A stretch of 62,180 bases of DNA, taken from positions 1 to 62,180 of the forward strand of contig JBHGNT010000167.1 of assembly GCA_043228905.1 (NCBI GenBank). Direction: 5' to 3'. Made by a program: the position numbers and the translations under genes. The DNA is from Azolla caroliniana (lineage: Eukaryota > Plantae > Polypodiophyta). Of this stretch, positions 24,091 to 35,679 are shown piece after piece. A model generated the notes under the pieces. It had not been told where the DNA came from, did not search any database, and worked only from the letters and a program-made list of their open reading frames with translations. Numbering within the stretch: position 1 is the first letter of the stretch; the number at the start of each line of letters is the position of its first letter.

Positions 24091-27000
24091 ACCCGAGTTT
24101 CAAAATCTTGATTTTTTAATTCCATATCCTAGCTAGCGTTGTTAGCTTCGATTCGCATGTTTGAACACAAAAATCCGATATCACACGAGCCAGGTATGAA
24201 CATTTTATTTAACTCAAGGGCTCCTCTCAACTCCCTCCTCATGTTTGCTAATTTCGTCATGTCTCTCGATCTGAGTTTCAAAATCTTGATTTTTTAATTC
24301 CATATCATAGCTTCGATTCGCATGTAGGAACACAAAAATCCGATATCACACGAACCAGGTATGAACATTCTATTTTACTCAAGGGCTCCTCTCAACTCCC
24401 TCCTCATGTTTGGTAATGTCGTCATGTCTCTTGACCTCAGTTGCAAAATCTTGATTTTTTAATTCCATATCATAGCTAGCGTTGTTAGCTTCGATTCGCA
24501 TGTTTGAACACAAAAATTCGATATGACACTAGCCAGGTATGAACATTTTATTTAACTCAAGGGTTCCTCTCAACTCCCTCCTCATGTTTGCTAATTTCGT
24601 CATGACAGGCAACCTGAGTTTCAAAATTTTCATTTTCTAATTCCATATCATAGCTAGCGTTGTTAGCTTCGATTCGCATGTTGGAACACAAAAATCCGAT
24701 ATGACAGGAGCCAGGTATGAAAATTTTAATTGTCCTAAAGGGCTCCTCTCAACTCCCTCGTCATGTTTGCTAATTTCTTCATGTCTCTCGACCTGAGTTA
24801 CAAAATCTTCATTTTTTAATTCCATATCATAGCTAGCGTTGTTAGCTTCGATTCACATATTTGAACACTAAAATTCGATATCACACGAGCCAAGTATGAA
24901 CATTTTAATTTACTCAAGGGCTCCACTCAACTCCCTCCTCATGTTTGGTAATTTCGTCATGTCTCTCGACCTGAGTTTCAAAATCTTGATTTTTTAATTC
25001 CATATCATAGCTAGCGTTGTTAGCTTCGATTCGCATGTTTGAACACAAAAATCCGATATCACAGGAGCCAGGTATGAACATTTTAATTTACTCAAGGGCT
25101 CCTCTCAACTCACTCCTCAAATTTGGTAATTCCGTCATGTCTCTCGACCTGAGTTTCAAAATCTTGATTTTTTAATTCCATAATATAGCTAGCGTTGTTG
25201 GCTTCGTTTCCCATGTTTGAACACAAAAAACCGATATCACACGAGCCAAGTATGAACATTTTAATTTACTCAAGGGCTCCACTCAACTCCCTCCTCATGT
25301 TTGGTAATTTCGTCATGTCTCTCGACCTGAGTTTCAAAATCTTGATTTTTTAATTCCATAATATAGCTAGCGTTGTTGGCTTCGTTTCCCATGTTTGAAC
25401 ACAAAAAACCGATATCACACGAGCCAAGTATGAACATTTTAATTTACTCAAGGGCTCCACTCAACTCCCTCCTCATGTTTGGTAGTTTCGTCATGTCTCT
25501 CGACCTCAGTTTCAAAATCTTCATTTTTTAATTCCATATCGTAGCTAGCGTTGTTAGCTTCGATTCGCATGTTTGAACACAAAAATCAGATATCACACGA
25601 GCGAGGTATGAACATTCTAATTTACTCAAGGGCCCCTCTCAACTCACTACTCAAATTTGGTAATTTCGTCATGTCTCTCGACCTGAGTTTCAAAGTCTTG
25701 ATTTTTTAATTCCATATCATAGCTAGCATTGTTAGCTTCGATTCGCATGTTTGAACACAAAAATCCGATATCACACGAGCTAGGTATGAACATTTTAATT
25801 TACTCAAGGGCTCCACTCAACTCCCTCCTCATGTTTGGTAATTTCGTCATGTCTCTCGACCTCAGTTTCAAAATCTTCATTTTTTAATTCCATATCGTAG
25901 CTAGCGTTGTTAGCTTCGATTCGCATGTTTGAACACAAAAATCAGATATCACACGAGCGAGGTATGAACATTTTATTTAACTCAAGGGCTCCTCTCAACT
26001 CCCTCCTCATGTTTGCTAATTTCGTCATGTCTCTCGACCTGAGTTTCAAAACCTTGATTTTTTAATTCCATATCATAGCTAGGGTTTTTAGATTCGTTTC
26101 GCATGTTTAAACACAAAAATCAGATATCACACGAGCCAGGTATGAACATTTTATTTAACTCAAGGGCTCTTCTCAACTCCCTCCTCATTTTTGCTAATTT
26201 CGTCATGACAGGCAACATGAGTTTCAAAATCTTGATTTTTTAATTCCATATCATAGCTAGCGTTGTTAGCTTCGATTCGTATGTTGGAACACAAAAATCC
26301 GATATGACAGGAGCCAGGTATGAACATTTTAATTTACTCAAAGGCCCCACTCAACTCCCTCCTCATGTTTGGTAATTTCGTCATGTCTCTGGACCTGAGT
26401 TTCAAAATCTTGATTTTTTAATTCCATATCATAGCTAGCGTTCTTAGCTTCGATTCGCATGTTTGAGCACAAAAACCGATATGACACGAGCCAGGTATGA
26501 ACATTTTAATTTACTCAAGGGCTCCTCTCAACTAACTCCTCAAATTTGGTAATTTCGTCATCTCTCTCGACCTGAGTTACAAAATCTTGATTTTTTAATT
26601 CCATATCATAGCTTGCGTTGTTAGCTTCGTTTCGCATGTTTGAACACAAAAATCCGATATCACACGAGCCAGGTATGAACATTTTAATTTACTCAAGGGC
26701 TCCTCTCAACTCACTCCTCAAATTTGGTAATTTCGTCATGTCTCTCGACCTCAGTTTCAAAATCTTGATTTTTTAATTCCATATCATAGCTAGCGTTGTT
26801 AGCTTCGATTCGCATGTTTGAACACTAAAATCCGATATAACACGAGCCAAGTATGAACATTTTAATTTACTCAAGGGCTCCACTCAACTCCCTCCTCATG
26901 TTTCGTGATTTCGTCATGTCTCTCGACCGGAGTTTCAAAATCTTGATTTTTTAATTCCATATAATAGCTAGCGTTGTTAGCTTCGATTCGCATGTTTGAA

Positions 27001-30000
27001 CACAAAAATCCGATATCACACGAGCCAGGTATGAACATTTTAATTTACTCAAGGGCTCCTCTCAACTCACTCCTCAAATTTGGTAATTTCGTCATGTCTC
27101 TAGACCTGAGTTTCAAAATCTTCATTTTCTAATTCCATATCATAGCTAGCATTGTTAGCTTCGATTCGCATGTTTGAACACAAAAATCCGATATCACACA
27201 AGCTAGGTATGAACATTTTAATTTACTCAAGGGCTCCACTCAACTCCCTCCTCATGTTTGGTAATGTCGTCATGTCTCTTGACCTGAGTTTCAAAATCTT
27301 CATTTTTTAATTCCATATCGTAGCTAGCGTTGTTAGCTTCGATTCGCATGTTTGAACACAAAAATCAGATATCACACGAGCTAGGTATGAACATTTTATT
27401 TAACTCAAGGGCTCCTCTCAACTCCCTCCTCATGTTTGCTAATTTCGTCATGTCTCTCGATCTGAGTTTCAAAATCTAGATTTTTTAATTCCATATCATA
27501 GCTTCGATTCGCATGTTGGAACACAAAAATCCGATATCACACGAGCCAGGTATGAACATTTTATTTTACTCAAGGGCTCCTCTCAACTCCCTCCTCATGT
27601 TTGCTAATTCTGTCATGTCTCTCGAATTGAGTTTCAAAATCTTGATTTTTTAATTCCATATCATAGCTAGCATTGTTAGCTTCGATTCGCATGTTTGAAC
27701 ACAAAAATTCGATATGACACGAGCCAGGTATGAACATTTTATTTAACTCAAGGGTTCCTCTCAACTCCCTCCTCATGTTTGCTAATTTCGTCATGACAGG
27801 CAACTTGAGTTTCAAAATCTTCATTTTCTAATTCCATATCATAGCTAGTGTTGTTAGCTTCGATTCGCATGTTGGAACACAAAAATCCGATATGACAGGA
27901 GCCAGGTATGAACATTTTAATTGTCCTAAAGGGCTCCTCTCAACTCCCTCGTCATGTTTGCTAATTTCTTCATGTCTCTCGACCTGAGTTAGAAAATCTG
28001 GATTTTTTAATTCCATATCATAGCTAGCGTTGTTATCTTCGATTCGCATATTTGAACACTAAAATCCGATATCACACGAGCCAAGTATGAACATTTTAAT
28101 TTACTCAAAGGCTCCACCCAACTCCCTCCTCATGTTTGGTAATTTCGTCATGTCTCTCGACCGCAGTTTCAAAATCTTGATTTTTTAATTCCATATCATA
28201 GCTAGCGTTGTTAGCTTCGTTTCGCATGTTTGAACACATAAATCCGATATCACACGAGCCAGGTATGAACATTTTAATTTACTCAAGGGCTCCTCTCAAC
28301 TCACTCCTCAAATTTGGTAATGTCGTCATGTCTCTCGACCTCAGTTTCAAAATCTTGATTTTTTAATTCCATATCGTAGCTAGCGTTGTTAGCTTCGATT
28401 CGCATGTTTGAACACTAAAATCCGATATCACACGAGCCAAGTATGAACATTTTAATTTACTCAAGGGCTCCACTCAACTCCCTCCTCATGTTTCGTCATG
28501 TCTCTCGACCTGAGTTTCAAAATCTTCATTTTTTAATTCCATATCATAGCTAGCATTGTTAGCTTCGTTTCGCATGTTTGAACACAAAAACCGATATCAC
28601 ACGAGCCAGGTATGAACATTTTAATTTACTCAAGGGCTCCTCTCAACTCACTCCTCAAATTTGGTAATTTCGTCATGTCTCTCGACCTGAGTTTCAAAAT
28701 CTTCATTTTTTAATTCCATATCGTAGCTAGCGTTGTTAGCTTCGATTCGCATGTTTGAACACAAAAATCAGATATCACACGAGCCAGGTATGAACATTTT
28801 ATTTTACTCAAGGGCCCCTCTCAACTCCGTCCTCATGTTTGCTAATTTCGTCATGTCTCTCGACCTGAGTTTCAAAGTCTTGATTTTTTAATTCCATATC
28901 ATAGCTAGCATTGTTAGCTTCGATTCGCATGTTTGAACACAAAAATCCGATATCACACGACCTAGGTATGAACATTTTAATTTACTCAAGGGCTCCACTC
29001 AACTCCCCCCTCATGTTTGGTAATTTCGTCATGTCTCTCGACCTCAGTTTCAAAATCTTCATTTTTTAATTCCATATCGTAGCTAGCGTTGTTAGCTTCG
29101 ATTCGCATGTTTGAACACAAAAATCAGATATCACACGAGCGAGGTATCAACATTTTATTTAACTCAAGGGCTCCTCTCAACTCCCTCCTCATGTTTCGTG
29201 ATTTCGTTATGTCTCTCGACCTGAGTTTCAAAATCTTCATTTTTTAATTCCATATCATAGCTAGCATTGTTAGCTTCGTTTCGCATGTTTGAACACAAAA
29301 ACCGATATGACACGAGCTAGGTATGAACATTTTAATTTACTCAAGGGCTCCTCTCAACTCACTCCTCAAATTTGGTAATTTCGTCATGTCTCTCGACCTG
29401 AGTTTCAAAATCTTCATTTTTTAATTCCATATCGGAGCTAGCGTTGTTAGTTTCGATTCGCATGTTTGAACACAAAAATCAGATATCACACGAGCCAGGT
29501 ATGAACATTTTATTTTACTCAAGGGCCCCTCTCAACTCCCTCGTCATGTTTGCTAATTTCTTCATGTCTCTCGACCTGAGTTACAAAATCTTGATTTTTT
29601 AATTCCATATCATAGCTAGCGTTGTTAGCTTCGATTCGCATATTTGAACCCTAAAATCGGATATCACACGAGCCAAGTATGAACATTTTAATTTACTCAA
29701 GGGCTCCACTCAACTCCCTCCTCATGTTTGGTAATTTCGTCATGTCTCTCGACCTGAGTTTCAAAATCTTGATTTTTTAATTCCATATCATAGCTAGCGT
29801 TGTTAGCTTCGTTTCGCATGTTTGAACACAAAAATCCGATATCACATGAGCCAGATATGAACATTTTAATTTACTCAAGGGCTCCTCTCAACTCACTCCT
29901 CAAATTTGGTAATTTCGTCATGTCTCTCGACCTCAGTTTTAAAATCTTGATTTTTTAATTCCATATCATAGCTAGCGTTGTTAGCTTCGATTCGCATGTT

Positions 30001-33000
30001 TGAACACTAAAATCCGATATAACACGAGCCAAGTATGAACATTTTAATGTACTCAAGGGCTCCACTCAACTCCCTCCTCATGTTTCGTGATTTCGTCATG
30101 TCTCTCGACCGGAGTTTCAAAATCTTGATTTTTTAATTCCATATAATAGCTAGCGTTGTTAGCTTCGATTCGCATGTTTGAATACAAAAATCCGATATCA
30201 CACGAGCCAGGTATGAACATTTTAATTTACTCAAGGGCTCCTCTTAACTCACTCCTCAAATTTGGTAATTTCGTCATGTCTCTAGACCTGAGTTTCAAAA
30301 TCTTCATTTTCTAATTCCATATCATAGCTAGCATTGTTAGCTTCAATTCGCATGTTTGAACATAAAAATCCGATATCACACAAGCTAGGTATGAACATTT
30401 TAATTTACTCAAGGGCTCCACTCAACTCCCTCCTCATGTTTGGTAATGTCGTCATGTCTCTTGACCTCAGTTTCAAAATCTTCATTTTTTAATTCCATAT
30501 CGTAGCTAGCATTGTTAGTTTCAATTCGCATGTTTGAACACAAAAATCCGATATCACACGAGCTAGGTATGAACATTTTAATTTACTCAAGGGCTCCACT
30601 CAACTCCCTCCTCATGTTTGGTAATGTCGTCATGTCTCTTGACCTCAGTTTCGAAATCTTCATTTTTTAATTCCATATCGTAGCTAGCGTTGTTAGCTTC
30701 GATTCGCATGTTTGAACACAAAAATCAGATATCACACGAGCCAGGTATGAACATTTTATTTAACTCAAGGGCTCCTCTCAACTCCCTCCTCATGTTTGCT
30801 AATTTCGTCATGTCTCTCGATCTGAGTTTCAAAATCTTGATTTTTTAATTCCATATCATAGCTAGCGTTGTTAGCTTCGATTCGCATGTTTGAACACAAA
30901 AATCCGATATCACACGACCCAGGTATGAACATTTTAATTTACTCAAGGGCTCCTCTCAACTCACTCCTTAAATTTGGTCATTTCGTCATGTCTCTCGACC
31001 TGAGTTTCAAAATCTTGATTTTTTAATTCCATATTATAGCTAGCGTTGTTAGCTTCGATTCGCATGTTTGAGCACAAAAACCGATATGACACGAGCCAAG
31101 TATGAACATTTGTATTTACTCAAGGGCTCCACTCAACTCCCTCCTCATGTTTGGTAATTTCGTCATGTCTCTCGACCGCAGTTTCAAAATCTTGTTTTTT
31201 TAATTCCATATCATAGCTAGCGTTGTTAGCTTCGTTTCGCATGTTTGAACACAAAAATCCGATATCACACGAGCCAGGTATGAACATTTTAATTTACTCA
31301 AGGGCCCCTCTCAACTCACTACTCAAATTTGCTAATTTCGTCATGTCTCTCGACCTGAGTTTCAAAATCTTCATTTTTTAATTCCATATCATAGCTAGCA
31401 TTGTTAGCTTCGTTTCGCATGTTTGAACACAAAAACCGATATGACACGAGCCAGGTATGAACATTTTAATTTACTGAAGGGCTCCTCTCAACTCACTCCT
31501 CAAATTTGGTAATTTCGTCATGTCTCTCGACCTGAGTTTCAAAATCTTCATTTTTTAATTCCATATCGTAGCTAGCGTTGTTAGCTTCGATTCGCATGTT
31601 TGAACACAAAAATCAGATATCAGACGAGCCAAGTATGAACATTTTATTTAACTCAAGGGCTCCTCTCAACTCCCTCCTCGTGTTTACTAATTTCGTCATG
31701 ACAGGCAACCTGAGTTTCAAAGTCTTCATTTTCTAATTCCATATCATAGCTAGCATTGTTAGCTTCGATTCGCATGTTTGAACACAAAAATCCGATATCA
31801 CACGAGCTAGGTATGAACATTTTAATTTACTTAAGGGCTCCACTCAACTCCCTCCTCATGTTTGGTAATTTCGTCATGTCTTTCGACCTCAGTTTCAAAA
31901 TTTTCATTTTTTAATTCCATATCGTAGCTAGCGTTGTTAGCTTCGATTCGCATGTTTGAACACAAAAATCAGATATCACACGAGCGAGGTATGAACATTT
32001 TATTTAACTCAAGGGCTCCTCTCAACTCCCTCCTCATGTTTGGTAATTTCGTCATGTCTCTCGACCTCAGTTTCAAAATCTTCATTTTTTAATTCCATAT
32101 CGTAGCTAGCGTTGTTAGCTTGGATTCGCATGTTTGAACACAAAAATCAGATATCACACGAGCGAGGTATGAACATTTTATTTAACTCAAGGGCTCCTCT
32201 CAACTCCCTCCTCATGTTTGCTAATTTCGTCATGTCTCTCGACCTGAGTTTCAAAACCTTGATTTTTTAATTCCATATCATAGCTAGCGTTGTTAGATTC
32301 GTTTCGCATGTTTGAACACAAAAATCAGATATCACACGAGCCAGGTATGAACATTTTATTTAACTCAAGGGCTCCTCTCAACTCCCTCCTCATTTTTGCT
32401 AATTTCGTCAGGACAGGCAACCTGAGTTTCAAAATCTTCATTTTCTAATTCCATATCATAGCTAGCGTTGTTAGCTTCGATTCGCATGTTGGAACACAAA
32501 AATCAGATATGACAGGAGCCAGGTATGAACATTTTAATTGTCCTAAAGGGCTCCTCTCAACTCCCTCGTAATGTTTGCTAATTTCTTCATGTCTCTCGAC
32601 CTGAGTTACGAAATCTTGATTTTTTAATTCCATATCATAGCTAGCGTTGTTAGCTTCGATTCGCATATTTGAACACTAAAATCCGATATCACACGAGCCA
32701 AGTATGCACATTTTAATTTACTCAAGGGCTCCTCTCAACTCCCTCCTCATGTTTGCTAATTTCGTCATGTCTCTCGACCTGAGTTTCAAAATGTTGATTT
32801 TTTAATTCCATATCATAGCGAGCGTTGTTAGCTTCGATTCGCATGTTTGAACACAAAAATCAAATATTACACGAGCCAGGTATGAACATTTTAATTTACT
32901 CAAGGGCTCCTCTCAACTCACTCCTCAAATTTGGTAATTTCGTCATGTCTCTCGACCTGAGTTTCAAAATCTTGATTTTTTAATTCCATATCATAGCTAG

Positions 33001-34200
33001 CATTATTAGCTTCGTTTCGCATGTTTGAACACAAAAATCCGATATCACACGAGCCAGGTATGAACATTTTATTTAACTCAAGGGCTCCTCTCAACTCCCT
33101 CCTCGTGTTTACTAATTTCGTCATGACAGGCAACCTGAGTTTCAAAATCTTCATTTTCTAATTCCATATCATAGCTAGCGTTGTTAGCTTCGATTCGCAT
33201 GTTTGAACACAAAAATCAAATATTACACGAGCCAGGTAAGAACATTTTAATTTACTCAAGGGCTCCTCTCAACTCCCTCCTCATGTTTGGTAATTTCGTC
33301 ATGTCTCTCGACCCCAGTTTCAAAATCTTGATTTTTTAATTACATATCATAGCTAGCGTTGTTAGCTTCGTTTCGCATGTTTGAACACAAAAGTCCGATA
33401 TCACACGAGCCAGGTATGAACATTTTAATTTAGTCAAGGGCTCCTCTCAACTCACTCCTCAAATTTGGTAATTTCTTCATGTCTCTCGACCTGAGTTACA
33501 AAATCTTGATTTTTTAATTCCATATCATAGCTAGGGTTGTTAGCTTCGATTCGCATATTTGAACACTAAAATCCGATATCACACGAGCCAAGTATGAACA
33601 TTTTAATTTACTCAAGGGCTCCACTCAACTCCCTCCTCATGTTTGGTAATTTCGTCATGTCTCTCGACCCCAGTTTCAAAATCTTGATTTTTTAATTCCA
33701 TATCATAGCTAGCGTTGTTAGCTTCGTTTCGCATGTTTGAACACAAAAGTCCGATATCACACGAGCCAGGTATGAACATTTTAATTTACTCAAGGGCTCC
33801 TCTCAACTCACTCCTCAAATTTGGTAATTTCGTCATGTCTCTCGACCTGAGTTTCAAAATCTTGATTTTTTAATTCCATATTATAGCTAGCGTTGTTAGC
33901 TTCGTTTCCCATGTTTGAACACAAAAAACCGATATGACATGAGCGAGGTATGAACGTTTTAGTTTACTCAAGGGCTCCTCTCAACTCACTCCTCATGTTT
34001 GGTAATTTCGTCATGTCTCTCGACCTGAGTTTCAAAATCTTGATTTTTTAATTCCATATCATAGCTAGCGTTGTTAGCTTCGTTTCGCATGTTTGAACAC
34101 AAAAATCAGATATCACACGAGCCAAGTATGAACATTTTATTTAACTCAAGGGCTCCTCTCAGCTCCCTCCTCATGTTTGCTAATTTCGTCATGTCTCTCG

Positions 34201-34258
34201 ACCTGAGTTTCAAAGTCTTGATTTTTTAATTCCATATCATAGCTTCGTCTTTCTCTCG
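34201..34258 (+). repeat. Truncated 58-bp satellite unit (internal deletion junction)
   Basis: A monomer start ACCTGAG at 34201 is followed by the next start (ACCCCAG) at 34259. The junction reads CATAGC-TTCG-TCTTTCTCTCG. Confidence 0.9.
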
Positions 34259-35679
34259 ACCCCAGTTTCAAAATCTTGATTTTTTAATTCCATATCATAG
34301 CTAGCGTTGTTAGCTTCGTTTCGCATGTTTGAACACAAAAGTCCGATATCACACGAGCCAGGTATGAACATTTTAATTTAGTCAAGGGCTCCTCTCAACT
34401 CACTCCTCAAATTTGGTAATTTCGTCATGTCTCTCGACCTGAGTTTCAAAATCTTGATTTTTTAATTCCATATTATAGCTAGCGTTGTTAGCTTCGTTTC
34501 CCATGTTTGAACACAAAAAACCGATATGACACGAGCGAGGTATGAACGTTTTAGTTTACTCAAGGGCTCCTCTCAACTCACTCCTCATGTTTGGTAATTT
34601 CGTCATGTCTCTCGACCTGAGTTTCAAAATCTTGATTTTTTAATTCCATATCATAGCTAGCGTTGTTAGCTTCGTTTCGCATGTTTGAACACAAAAATCA
34701 GATATCACACGAGCCAAGTATGAACATTTTATTTAACTCAAGGGCTCCTCTCAACTCCCTCCTCATGTTTGCTAATTTCGTCATGTCTCTCGACCTGAGT
34801 TTCAAAGTCTTGATTTTTTAATTCCATATCATAGCTTCGATTCGCATGTTGGAACACAAAAATCCGATATGACAGGAGCCAGGTATGTACATTTTAATTG
34901 TCCTAAAGGGCTCCTCTCAACTCCCTCGTGATGTTTGCTAATTTCTTCATGTCTCTCGACCTGAGTTACAAAGCTTGATTTTTTAATTCCATATCATAGC
35001 TAGGGTTGTTAGCTTCGATTCGCATATTTGAACACTAAAATCAAATATTACACGAGCCAGGTATGAACATTTTAATTTACTCAAGGGCTCCTCTCAACTC
35101 CCTCCTCATGTTTGGTAATTTCGTCTTTCTCTCGACCCCAGTTTCAAAATCTTGATTTTTTAATTCCATATCATAGCTAGCGTTGTTAGCTTCGTTTCGC
35201 ATGTTTGAACACAAAAGTCCGATATCACACGAGCCAAGTATGAACATTTTAATTTAGTCAAGGGCTCCTCTCAACTCACTCCTCAAATTTAGTAATTTCG
35301 TCATGTCTCTCGACCTGAGTTTCAAAATCTTGATTTTTTAATTCCATATCATAGCTAGCGTTGTTAGCTTCGTTTCGCATGTTTGAACACAAAAATCCGA
35401 TATCACACGAGCCAGGTATGAACATTTTAATTTACTCAAGGGCCCCACTCAACTCCCTCCTCATGTTTGGTAATTTCGTCATGTCTCTGGACCTGAGTTT
35501 CAAAATCTTGATTTTTTAATTCCATATCATAGCTAGCGTTGTTAGCTTCGATTCGCATGTTTGAACACAAAAACCGATATGACACGAGCCAGGTATGAAC
35601 ATTTTAATTTACTCAAGGGCTCCTCTCAACTAACTCCTCAAATTTGGTAATTTCGTCATGTCTCTCGACCTGAGTTTCA

